Assembly: GCA_021734805.1 (NCBI GenBank)
Contig: JAIPIG010000002.1
Location: 5,975 to 69,974 of the forward strand
Origin: Simkaniaceae bacterium
Lineage (GTDB): Bacteria > Chlamydiota > Chlamydiia > Chlamydiales > JACRBE01
Direction of reading: 5' to 3'
DNA: 64,000 nucleotides
This document shows, piece by piece, positions 18,135-27,000 of this stretch. A program made the translations under genes and the position numbers. Numbering within the stretch: the stretch's first letter is position 1; the number at the start of each line of letters is the position of its first letter. The notes under the pieces are model-generated. The model worked only from the letters and a program-made list of their open reading frames with translations, made no database searches and was not told where the DNA came from.

Positions 18135-20498
18135 CAGGGGCTTGGCCGTATTGCGCGGCTGACCTCGTATTGGAAATTCATGCACGAGAAGTGCAGGGTT
18201 ATGGTTGATCTCAATAATGCGGTAGTTTGTAGGCGAAGGGGGTTTTTGATTATTGACAATCATGATATCGACACCGCAGATTTGTGCTTGACCTGCGCGA
18301 GCGGCTTGAAGGGCTATTGTGCGAAACTGGGGGTGCATCTCATCTGTCATATCGATTGAATCTCCTCCGGTTGAGACATTGGAGTTATGCCGCAAAAAAA
18401 TTTGTTCCCCCTCTTTAGGCACGCTTTTTGGACTCAATTGTTGGAGAGAGAGATAATAGAGCTCGATTTCAGATAAATAAATAGCCGTTTTTGCATCTTT
18501 GTAAGATCGGGGATCTTTATTTTTTTTCTCAACTAAGTTTTTAATGGTGTCGATGCCATTGCCCACCACATTTGCCGGTACGCGTTTGATAATGCCAACC
18601 ACTTCTTCTCCGATCACTAAAAAGCGGTATTCTTCACCTGAAAAGTATTCTTCAACTATGACTCTAGATCCATGCTGAAAGGCTGATTGAAGAGCCATTT
18701 CATACTCTCCTCTAGAATGGGGTTCGATAAAATAGACGGCAATTCCAAAGTTAGTTGTATTGGGCTTGACAACGATCTTGATCTTCTCAAACGAAGGATA
18801 GGCACGAAGCGCTTCTTCAAAGGATGTAAAAGAGGCCCCTTTTGGAGTGAAAAGATTTGCCTCATTAAGCAGCTGTTTTGAAATGATTTTATTTTCCATG
18901 ATGAGGGGTGAAATATAATGGTCAAGACGCGTTTTTGTCGCTTCTTTGATCACTTCTTGATGGGATCCCTTTGTCAGGCGAATGAAATTCTCGACAGCAT
19001 CGAGAACTTCAACATGAATATTTTGTTTAAGGGCCTCTCGAATGACGGCTTGTGTCGATTTTTCAAGCCCCTCATATCCGGGTAGAGTATAGCGCGCTTT
19101 AGCATCGGCAATGTCTTGTTCAATGAGGCTGTCATGGGCTTCTTTTTGAAGTTGGTTGTTGCGCTGTTCATCCTGCGGATAGTTTTGAAAATAACGGTGA
19201 TGTTGACGTGCATATTTTAAGCCAAAATTGAGAAATGATTTGGATGTATTTGTTTTGGCAAGAACTTGAGCTGAAGTCGTGAGGTGAGGATTATTGATCT
19301 TTTCGATTTGTTTTTGGACGAGGTGTTCAAGACCAAACAGTAGGGCTGTTTCTTTCACTTGCTCTAAAATAGCGAGGGCTTGAGTTTTAAAGGCTTTTTG
19401 ATTCGATAGTTTAACACCCGGCTTTCTCCCTTCAAGAGCAATATGGTGTTGATTGCGGCGGGCATTTTTAATCGCTTGCTTGGAGAGTGTTTTTTTCTCT
19501 CTTAGAAAGCAGTCAATTAAGAAGAGGTGGAGGAATTCCAAGTCATCTAAAGCAACGCCTGCCGGCTCAAAGGGATTTAAGTCGAGCGTTCTCACTTCGA
19601 CGTATGTAATTCCTTTGTTTTTAATAGCTTTTAAAGCTCCTAGGCGAGATTCAATATGGTTTTTAGCGCGGATAGGGACATAAAGCTCATTTTCCGTTTG
19701 AAGCACATTAGTATTTATTTGCTGCTCAATATGGGAAAAAGCGCGACAAGGGGTATTTAATTCACGCTCAAAAGAATGGATGAAATGTTCTATATCCTGA
19801 TAGGAAATATCAAGATGGCATTGATAGGGACTATGATACCCAAAAGGACTCATGCGCAATGATGTGGCATAAGGATGATTTTTTTTGATGGGTTTATAAG
19901 ACTCATCTATATTAGGGGATGCCCCAAAAAGATAAACGAGCAAGTAACTTCTTTCGATAAAGTTGCGCATTAAATTGAGGTATCGGCTCGATACAAAATC
20001 GCGATAAGAAATGGCCGGATTCAGTTGGTGATATTCTTTTTTAAGCCACTCATCTTGAATCGAAAAATTGTAGTGTAACCCGCAGATCAGTTGTACTTGA
20101 TGGCCATAACGTTGTTGGAGGCCCTTTCGGTAGAGCCATTTTCTTTCACCTTCATTTGTCGCTCCAAAATCGGCGATGAAGGAGTCATTATAAGTGGGGA
20201 GTCGACAAGGCATAGCAATAGGCCAAAAAAGCTCTTGGTTGAGCTGTTGATGGGCATAGGCCATGAGATTTTCTAGCTCTTGAAGCGCCTTTTTAGGAGA
20301 AGCAAAAGGTGAAGTGATCGTTTCGACTTGGGCTTCCGCAAAATCTTTGGTAAAATGGGGGTTGAATAGAGGTGATCCAAAGCCTTTAGGGTGAGGTTGC
20401 TCTGATAAACAACCTTTATTCGTGGTGCGGAGGTTTTCAATTTCAATCCCACATAAGGTATTGTCTATTAATGATTTAATATTTGAAGAATAAGCCAT
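18114..20498 (-). CDS. gshF: Bifunctional glutamate--cysteine ligase / glutathione synthetase (GshF/GshAB fusion)
   Basis: N-terminal GshA-type domain (GIEIENLRTTNKGCLSEQPHPKGFGSPLFNPHFTKDFAEAQVETITSP). C-terminal ATP-grasp domain (KIVVKPNTTNFGIAV..., YRFLVIGEEVVG, IIEINHNPAL). Start placed at Met18 (MAYSSNIKS, ATG 20498..20496). The 3' end overlaps convergent ddl by 21 nt. Confidence 0.85.
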   Translation of the reverse strand: MAYSSNIKSLIDNTLCGIEIENLRTTNKGCLSEQPHPKGFGSPLFNPHFTKDFAEAQVETITSPFASPKKALQELENLMAYAHQQLNQELFWPIAMPCRLPTYNDSFIADFGATNEGERKWLYRKGLQQRYGHQVQLICGLHYNFSIQDEWLKKEYHQLNPAISYRDFVSSRYLNLMRNFIERSYLLVYLFGASPNIDESYKPIKKNHPYATSLRMSPFGYHSPYQCHLDISYQDIEHFIHSFERELNTPCRAFSHIEQQINTNVLQTENELYVPIRAKNHIESRLGALKAIKNKGITYVEVRTLDLNPFEPAGVALDDLEFLHLFLIDCFLREKKTLSKQAIKNARRNQHHIALEGRKPGVKLSNQKAFKTQALAILEQVKETALLFGLEHLVQKQIEKINNPHLTTSAQVLAKTNTSKSFLNFGLKYARQHHRYFQNYPQDEQRNNQLQKEAHDSLIEQDIADAKARYTLPGYEGLEKSTQAVIREALKQNIHVEVLDAVENFIRLTKGSHQEVIKEATKTRLDHYISPLIMENKIISKQLLNEANLFTPKGASFTSFEEALRAYPSFEKIKIVVKPNTTNFGIAVYFIEPHSRGEYEMALQSAFQHGSRVIVEEYFSGEEYRFLVIGEEVVGIIKRVPANVVGNGIDTIKNLVEKKNKDPRSYKDAKTAIYLSEIELYYLSLQQLSPKSVPKEGEQIFLRHNSNVSTGGDSIDMTDEMHPQFRTIALQAARAGQAQICGVDIMIVNNQKPPSPTNYRIIEINHNPALLVHEFPIRGQPRNTAKPLLKLLGF

Positions 20499-20643
20499 AA
20501 AAACGACTCTACGTATTTTGATTTTAGAAAAGTTTACTCTCTCTTGCAAACTGAGCCAAGAAAAATCAAATCAACCATTGGATAATTTTGTAAATCACTG
20601 ATTATAAATAGAATATATATTTATCTTTTTGCAAATAAGTAAG

Positions 20644-21897
20644 CTATTTCGATGAGGGTGCTTCGTAATGTGTGTCGTTTGGAACAAAGAAAAAGAGCCA
20701 AAGCGCAGCGGTGAGAGCTGCAGCTGCGGCTAAGATGAGAGGGAGAAACATTTCGACCCCTGCCATCATTCCTCCAACCATTCCTGCAATAATTTCAGCA
20801 AAAATAGTAATCGATTGATTAGTTCCAAGCGCTTCACCTTGCTTTTGTGGACTAACGTGATCTGAAATAATCAGCGATGAATAGGTCCAGCTCACGGCGA
20901 TGCAAAGTCCTATTGGAATGAGGAAAAAGTAGAGATAAATAGGTTTTTGCGCTCCGAAAAGGCTTAAGATACTCGCCATTAAAATAGTAGCAAAGAGAAT
21001 AGTGATATTGCGCGGCATCATATGTTTTGAGAGAAATGAAAATAAAAGAGGCGAGAGACAAATCGGAATGGATAGATAGGAAATTACTTCACCAATATGA
21101 GCTGCATTGTATTGATACCACCAGACGAGAAGCACCGGAAAAAAGCCGAAAAAAGAAAAAATCGATAAAAAGAGGAAGAAATTGGATAGAAAAATATGGC
21201 GAAGGCGGGGGGATAGAATCGATGTGAAGATCGATTGAATCGTGCCTCTAAAATGGAATATTTCGCGTTTTCCTTTTTGGAGTGTTTCTTTAAACATAAA
21301 AAAGACAAAGCAAAGCCCAATAAGAACAAGTCCTGCAGCCATCAGAAAGGGTGTGGAGTAATTAAACCAATGGATGGCTTGGGAGTCAGATAATTTACCG
21401 CCGATAAAGGGTCCAAAGATAAATCCAAGACTGCTTACAGTGAGAATGAGTCCAAATTTTTGGGCTTTTTCTTGTTTTGTTTGGCTAATATCTGCCATTG
21501 CTGCGGCTGCAATCACCGAGTTTCCTTCGCACAGCCCACAAATTAATCGGCTGATGTAGAGTAGAGGTAAATTTTTCCAAAGAATAGCAAAAGCGGATAG
21601 GAGATAACCGGGAATAATGGCGATGAGAGTGATAATGAGAATAGGCTTTCTGCCATAACAATCAGAAAGTTTTCCTAAAATAGGCCCACCAAAAAGCTGT
21701 CCCAAAGGGTACATCGAAATAAGCAGCCCCAAAAATACCGTACGCATTTCAGGCGATAGTGTCGCTGATATAATCGCTTCTTTAGACGTGCTTAAAAACA
21801 TAGGTGGAAAGATTGGAAGGGCAAGAGCAAAGCCGAGGTAGCTAAGGAAAAGTACGATGAGAATGGGGATAATTTCCCGAATGCGATAAGAGTCCAT
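20644..21897 (-). CDS. MFS transporter (12-TM drug/H+ antiporter-like)
   Basis: 417 aa, polytopic. MFS motif A is GKLSDCYGRKPILI. Confidence 0.82.
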   Translation of the reverse strand: MDSYRIREIIPILIVLFLSYLGFALALPIFPPMFLSTSKEAIISATLSPEMRTVFLGLLISMYPLGQLFGGPILGKLSDCYGRKPILIITLIAIIPGYLLSAFAILWKNLPLLYISRLICGLCEGNSVIAAAAMADISQTKQEKAQKFGLILTVSSLGFIFGPFIGGKLSDSQAIHWFNYSTPFLMAAGLVLIGLCFVFFMFKETLQKGKREIFHFRGTIQSIFTSILSPRLRHIFLSNFFLFLSIFSFFGFFPVLLVWWYQYNAAHIGEVISYLSIPICLSPLLFSFLSKHMMPRNITILFATILMASILSLFGAQKPIYLYFFLIPIGLCIAVSWTYSSLIISDHVSPQKQGEALGTNQSITIFAEIIAGMVGGMMAGVEMFLPLILAAAAALTAALWLFFFVPNDTHYEAPSSK

Positions 21898-21940
21898 ATT
21901 GTCAACAGTGTGTTTTGTGCTTAAACAATGACGCCGTAAA

Positions 21941-23215
21941 TCCCCTTGCTTTAGCTATGGGGATATAAGGCGCTATTTACTTTAATGCGAATATTTTTTT
22001 ACACTAAAAATATGTTATCAGCCACCAAAATAAGAATCTATCCTAACGCTATACAAGAGGAAATCCTTTCCAAAGCGTTCGGATGCGCACGGTGGTTTTG
22101 GAATAACAGTCTAAACGAAATACAAAAAGTTTACCAAGAAACAGGTAAAGGTCTTGGGCAATTTGCCTTGAATGCTCGTTTGCCTGAGCTAAAGAAAACC
22201 AACGAATGGCTAAGTGAAACTCATAGCCAAGTATTGCAATCTGTAAGCTTGAATCTATCTCGTGCGTTCATCAATTTTTTTGAGAAAAGAGCAAAATATC
22301 CTAAATTCAAATCTAAGCACGATAGACAATCTATTCAGTATCCTCAAGGAATCAAAATATTCGCTGACAACAAGGTGTTTTTACCCAAGATTGGCTGGGT
22401 AAAAGCGGTGATTCACCGTGAAATAGTCGGAAAGATCAAAACGGTAACTGTAGACAGAACAACGACAGGAAAATATTTTGCCTCTATTTTGACTGAAAAT
22501 GGGATAGAGCCACCTAAAGCTTCTTTTGAAGGAAAAATTCTTGGAGTGGATGTAGGATTGACACATCTTGCAATAACTAGCGACGGATCAAAGTTTGATA
22601 ATCCTAGACATGTTGTAAAAGCAGAAAAAAATTTACGGCGTAAACAAAAAAAACTTTCAAGACATACTAAGGGAAGCGCCACCCGAAATAAGGCACGCTT
22701 GCTAGTGGCAAAATCTCATGAGCGTGTACGCAATGCACGCAAAGACTATTTGCACAAAATTTCTAAACGGTTAGTAGACGAAAACCAAGTCATTGCCGTT
22801 GAGGATTTGAGTGTAAAAAATATGATGAAAAACCACTGTTTAGCACAATCAATCGGTGATGCCGGTTGGGGAATGTTCCTTGGAATGCTGAAATACAAAG
22901 CCGAACAATTAGGAAAAGGCTTTCTAAAAGTAAATCGGTTTTTTCCAAGTACTAAAGCATGTTCGAATTGCTTGAATGTAAATAATTCGATTTCTTTGCA
23001 TATAAGGGTGTGGCAATGCCCGAAATGTAAAGAAACGCATGATAGAGATGTAAACGCATCAAAAAACATATGTGGCGAAGCGCAACGTATGATAGCGGTG
23101 GGAATCACCGGTACTGCCGGTCGAGGCACTGTTAGCCAAGTCAAGGGTAGAAAACCCTCTGTACTTGCTCGTGCCGTTGAAGCCGGAAGCTCCTGCCTTT
23201 AGGCATGGGGTAATT
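21941..23215 (+). mobile_element. IS200/IS605-family element carrying only tnpB (IS1341-like, non-autonomous); boundaries approximate
   Basis: Imperfect hairpin TCCCCTTGCTTTAGCTATGGGGA (21941..21963) lies upstream and a related hairpin TCCTGCCTTTAGGCATGGGG (23191..23210) at the 3' end of tnpB. No tnpA is nearby. Confidence 0.65.
22012..23202 (+). CDS. tnpB: TnpB (OrfB) RNA-guided-nuclease-type transposon protein
   Basis: MLSATKIRIYPNAIQEEILSKAFGCARWFWN (OrfB N-terminal domain). RuvC-I GVDVGLTHLAITSDG, RuvC-II IAVEDLSVKNM, zinc finger CSNC...CPKC, RuvC-III HDRDVNASKNI. Start taken at Met10 of the tracked ORF. Confidence 0.9.
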   Translation: MLSATKIRIYPNAIQEEILSKAFGCARWFWNNSLNEIQKVYQETGKGLGQFALNARLPELKKTNEWLSETHSQVLQSVSLNLSRAFINFFEKRAKYPKFKSKHDRQSIQYPQGIKIFADNKVFLPKIGWVKAVIHREIVGKIKTVTVDRTTTGKYFASILTENGIEPPKASFEGKILGVDVGLTHLAITSDGSKFDNPRHVVKAEKNLRRKQKKLSRHTKGSATRNKARLLVAKSHERVRNARKDYLHKISKRLVDENQVIAVEDLSVKNMMKNHCLAQSIGDAGWGMFLGMLKYKAEQLGKGFLKVNRFFPSTKACSNCLNVNNSISLHIRVWQCPKCKETHDRDVNASKNICGEAQRMIAVGITGTAGRGTVSQVKGRKPSVLARAVEAGSSCL

Positions 23216-23297
23216 CACAATAGCAACAATTCTTTTTTTTAACAGAGAAAAATTCGTAAACTATGTTAGGCTTGTGCCTTTATTCTGAGAATTATTT

Positions 23298-23723
23298 ATG
23301 GCAGAAGCAAAATCGATTACTCGTGACAATGTTCCCATTCAGGCGCATCAGAGATTTGCTGAAGCGCGACTCGGTAAAATTCCCGATGATATGAAGCTTA
23401 ATAGTATTAGTTGGGATGAAAATTTTCCGGTTGAAAATACGGAAGATGGAAGAGGATGGATCGAATGGCTCTTCGATGTTCGCTTTCCTCAAACCATTGC
23501 TGAATTTGTTGAGGTGGATGAGCGGCGCTATCCCTTTACGACCATGCTTGCAAAGGGAATCGATTGGGATCGATGTGAAGAGCTTATTCACGATCTAGAA
23601 GAAAGGGATCTACCTCAGATGGCTCGAGAAGAGGTTCTAATTCTTCTTGATTTGGTAAAAGAAGCTCGTCAGAAGGATCGCGATTTAAAGCATGTTCGTC
23701 TTGCCCGTCGCCCTCAAGGATAA
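23298..23723 (+). CDS. Hypothetical protein (141 aa)
   Basis: ATG-initiated ORF with globular-looking composition (MAEAKSITRDNVPIQAHQRFAEARLGKIPDD...). No family recognised. The last 140 nt overlap the convergent secretin gene. Confidence 0.45.
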   Translation: MAEAKSITRDNVPIQAHQRFAEARLGKIPDDMKLNSISWDENFPVENTEDGRGWIEWLFDVRFPQTIAEFVEVDERRYPFTTMLAKGIDWDRCEELIHDLEERDLPQMAREEVLILLDLVKEARQKDRDLKHVRLARRPQG

Positions 23724-25251
23724 TATCTTCTATCATTTCTTCCACAAATTTAGATTCTTTCGCTTGATTGATTTCCTTATCGGATAGTGCTTCATAATCT
23801 GAGAAAGTATCGATGATATAGGGACGGACAAAGATAATAATATTGCGTTTTTCTTCAACTTTATGATCTTTGCTAAACAGGGTGCTAATGAAGGGAATAC
23901 CCCCAAGACAGGGAAGACCCGAGGTTTCTTGTTTCTTTTTGTTGCGCACCATTCCGGTTAAGACAACAAAGTGGGCATCAGGGACATGAACGCGTGAAAC
24001 CATATTCGTTTTTGAGGTTTCAATGCCGCTCATTTGTTTTGTCATGTGCATATGGCGATCACTTGCTTCCGTAATTTCCTCATCGATTTCAAGCGTGATC
24101 ATTCCATTTTCGCCGATATAGGGAGTGATATTGAGTGATGTCCCGATATTGCGGTATTCGATATTCGAAGTTGTCTGTTGGGAGGGGCCAACCGTTTCAA
24201 CGACCGAACCGGCAAAGGGGATGTTATGCCCAACAAAAACTTTAGTACATTTATTGTCTTGAGCGATCAGTTTTTGATTGAGAATCACTGCGGTTTCGTG
24301 ATCACTTTGAAGGGCTGAAACGAGCGAGCCAAGGGATAAAAATGTCATCCCGTTATGCGTAATAATATCTCCAATGACACCGAGATCAAAACCGCGTCCT
24401 ATAGGGAATTGAGATAGGCCTGATGGGTGAATAGCATCACCGATTGTCTGCATTGTTTTTGCAAATTGCGAACCATTAGCTCCATTAAAGTCACCTGTTC
24501 CAAATCCAAGGCGGTTTTTGTATTTGGAGCTAACAGACCAATTCAGCCCAAATTCATGGCTTTTACTGATATCGGTTTCAATGACCAAGACCTCAATAAA
24601 GACTTGTTTTTGAGGGGTATCGAGTGTTTTAATCAGTGAAACGAGTTTAGAAATCGTTTGTTTGGGGCCTGAAATGACTAAAGAATTTGTCGTTTTAATC
24701 CATTGCATTGATTGAACGGAGGAAGTGAATAGAGGGTCGCTTTTCGGGGATGAAGCGGACAATTGTTTAATTGCAGCTAGAATTTCGTCACCTTGATGGA
24801 ACTGGAGTTTATAAACGGAAAACTCCTCTTGCTCTTTTTTTAAGGGGGGGAGACTTGCTTTTTCGTAATAGAGGGGAGTAGTGGATATTGATTCGCGTTT
24901 ATCAGAGCCCGGATGGGCATCGAAGATGTTTTTCACAGGTTCTTTTTTTTCGATAACAAAACATCCTCCCTTAGACTTGACATCACAGTGGTGATTTTCA
25001 AGTAGGGCAATCATGGTTTGTAGGATTTCTTTTTCCGTTGAGTCTTTGCCTGAGATAAACGAGACCTCAAAGTTGAGATCGCTATCTTTAAAGATGAAAT
25101 TGGTCTTTGTGATTTTACTAATAAAACGAATGAGCTCTGATGCTTTTACATTTGAAAAATTAATCCGATGACTAGAGGGTGGAGCGAGTTGTTCAGCAGG
25201 AAGCTGCATGAAAGAAAAAAGAAAAAGAATGGCAGCGATTAGTTTTTGCAT
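23584..25251 (-). CDS. Secretin-family outer-membrane channel (GspD/SctC/PilQ superfamily), short form
   Basis: 555 aa. Signal peptide MQKLIAAILFLFSFMQLPA and an N0-like domain (INFSNVKASELIRFISKITKTNFIF). C-terminal secretin domain: VFIEVLVIE, GLPCLGGIPFISTLFS, NIIIFVRPYII. Acidic C-terminal tail. Confidence 0.85.
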   Translation of the reverse strand: MQKLIAAILFLFSFMQLPAEQLAPPSSHRINFSNVKASELIRFISKITKTNFIFKDSDLNFEVSFISGKDSTEKEILQTMIALLENHHCDVKSKGGCFVIEKKEPVKNIFDAHPGSDKRESISTTPLYYEKASLPPLKKEQEEFSVYKLQFHQGDEILAAIKQLSASSPKSDPLFTSSVQSMQWIKTTNSLVISGPKQTISKLVSLIKTLDTPQKQVFIEVLVIETDISKSHEFGLNWSVSSKYKNRLGFGTGDFNGANGSQFAKTMQTIGDAIHPSGLSQFPIGRGFDLGVIGDIITHNGMTFLSLGSLVSALQSDHETAVILNQKLIAQDNKCTKVFVGHNIPFAGSVVETVGPSQQTTSNIEYRNIGTSLNITPYIGENGMITLEIDEEITEASDRHMHMTKQMSGIETSKTNMVSRVHVPDAHFVVLTGMVRNKKKQETSGLPCLGGIPFISTLFSKDHKVEEKRNIIIFVRPYIIDTFSDYEALSDKEINQAKESKFVEEMIEDIILEGDGQDEHALNRDPSDELLLPNQEELEPLLEPSEVDPFLLDRE

Positions 25252-25372
25252 CGTTTATCAAAAAAGAGATAACAATGCATGCGAGTATACAGTTAAGTTA
25301 TTTAAAAAAACATGGAAAATTTATTTAATTTTCTTAATCAAAACAAATTAAAAACAAATCCTTAATATTAAC

Positions 25373-26779
25373 TTAACAAATCACATTCTTGTTATTGATA
25401 GCCTTTTTAAAGGTGCGCCCAAGAAAAATTGCAATGACGAGCCATAGTGTGAGCATGGGGAATCCCACGCCACCGCTTAGAACAAGATAGTGCGCGCGTC
25501 CGACAACCGCACCAAATGCCGATTGAAGGGGTGCGAGAAGCATATTAAAAACTGATCCCGCTTCTTTTGAGGCGCGCGAGCCAAAGGTTTCAATCCAAGC
25601 CTGTGCTTTAAAGCGTACATCGGGAGTCGTTGGGATATAAAGTTGTTTCAGAGCAGGGCCATTGAGGGCATAGTTAATTGCTTTCGCTCCAACCATGAGT
25701 GAGAATAGAAAGGAGAGGCTGTCAATTGTTAAAAATCCAAATAGAGCGCAACCGACAATGACGGGCATAGCGGCGAGGGCAACGCCGATTCCAAGGTAGC
25801 GGGTTACGTTACTAATTCCTAGTAGCAAGCAGGATAGCGACACGATATTGACAACTGAACCATAAAGACTGAGGTAATTGCTCAATGCAACACCCGAGTA
25901 TTGAGCTCCTGCAGCGAGTTTAAAGTTAAAGTCAAATATAGTGACAACGAGTTCATAGATGAAATTTGCTCCAAAGATACATAAAAGATAGCGGTGTTTG
26001 AGCATGAGTTTAAGCCCTTCTAAAAAACCGGGCTCTTGCTTTTTCTCTTCGATAGCCTCATTTTTTCCATGGAATGATTGTAGTAGTGCTTTAGGTGTAG
26101 CTCGCAGAAAATAGCGCACAACGGGGATAATGAGTAAGATTAAAAACCCTAAAATCAGAAGAGAAAGCGTATCGGTTTTAAATGCGAGTCGATGGGGTAA
26201 TCCTCCAATTGAATAAGGGAAAATAATCCCGCCAATTTGACCCAAAGCAACGACGAGAGGAAAGCCCCTTCTTGCATGGGTTGGATTTGTTGTGTCAGCT
26301 GCAAAAGCCCAAAAGAGGGCGACGATTAAAGAGCCAAAACTCTCGACAAAAAGATACCATAAAAAGCCTAAACCTCGCGTGAGGATGAATAAAAAGAGGG
26401 GGCGAGCTGCGAGTTGTTCGGGAGTTCCTTGTGCGAGGAACATAATAATACTGAAGCATAGAACGGATATGCCGTAAAAGGTAGGGAGGATAATGAGCAT
26501 TTTTTCGCGCGATGTCTTTTCTAAAAGCCTCGTATAAAACATGACAAGAGGAAGAAGAGCTAAAACGGAGACGGTTTTTGCATAGGGCAAATAGAGGCGA
26601 TCGACAAGCTGAATAAAAATTGCATCTTTAAGAGGGCGAAGCGTCCAGTAAACACCGATAATGAGAGCAAAGATAAGCCCCATGCGCAAAAATTTTTTAA
26701 ACTCTTCGCGCTCAAAGTCACCAAAGTTAAATTTGCAGATCCACTGAAAAAATTGAAGGATCCCTTTGCCTATACCCAT
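25373..26779 (-). CDS. Nucleotide transporter of the ATP/ADP translocase (NTT/Tlc) family
   Basis: 468 aa, about 11-12 TM. The N-terminal region EREEFKKFLRMGLIFALIIGVYWTLRPLKDAIF matches the conserved start of chlamydial/rickettsial NTT proteins. Confidence 0.78.
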   Translation of the reverse strand: MGIGKGILQFFQWICKFNFGDFEREEFKKFLRMGLIFALIIGVYWTLRPLKDAIFIQLVDRLYLPYAKTVSVLALLPLVMFYTRLLEKTSREKMLIILPTFYGISVLCFSIIMFLAQGTPEQLAARPLFLFILTRGLGFLWYLFVESFGSLIVALFWAFAADTTNPTHARRGFPLVVALGQIGGIIFPYSIGGLPHRLAFKTDTLSLLILGFLILLIIPVVRYFLRATPKALLQSFHGKNEAIEEKKQEPGFLEGLKLMLKHRYLLCIFGANFIYELVVTIFDFNFKLAAGAQYSGVALSNYLSLYGSVVNIVSLSCLLLGISNVTRYLGIGVALAAMPVIVGCALFGFLTIDSLSFLFSLMVGAKAINYALNGPALKQLYIPTTPDVRFKAQAWIETFGSRASKEAGSVFNMLLAPLQSAFGAVVGRAHYLVLSGGVGFPMLTLWLVIAIFLGRTFKKAINNKNVIC

Positions 26780-27000
26780 AATGTCTACCTCCCGGTCATT
26801 TCTTCAAATGGCGGGAAAAAGAATTTTTGTAAATCATTTATACCGAAATAAATTGAAGAATTAGTTTTTATCTTCGCCGGCATCTTCGACTTTTTACCCG
26901 TAATTTTTTGACCTATCTTCAATAGAATCAAAAAATTAAGCCGGCTAAAGCCTGATAAAAATTCGAAGCGCCATCAAAGCTAAAACTCCAATTCCTCAAC

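Noticed and set aside
23292-23591. 99-aa minus-strand ORF antisense to the 141-aa orphan ORF
   Set aside because: Its composition (Ile/Phe/Asn/Lys-rich, MNKLFTSIPIDSLCKHGRK...) looks like a shadow frame, and it would have to begin inside the secretin tail region.
26886-26897. TCGACTTTTTAC in the NTT upstream region, an 11/12 match to the E2 terminal motif TCGACTTTGTAC
   Set aside because: It is a single unpaired occurrence in an A/T-rich spacer, with no inverted partner within 300 nt. That is insufficient to call a solo element end.
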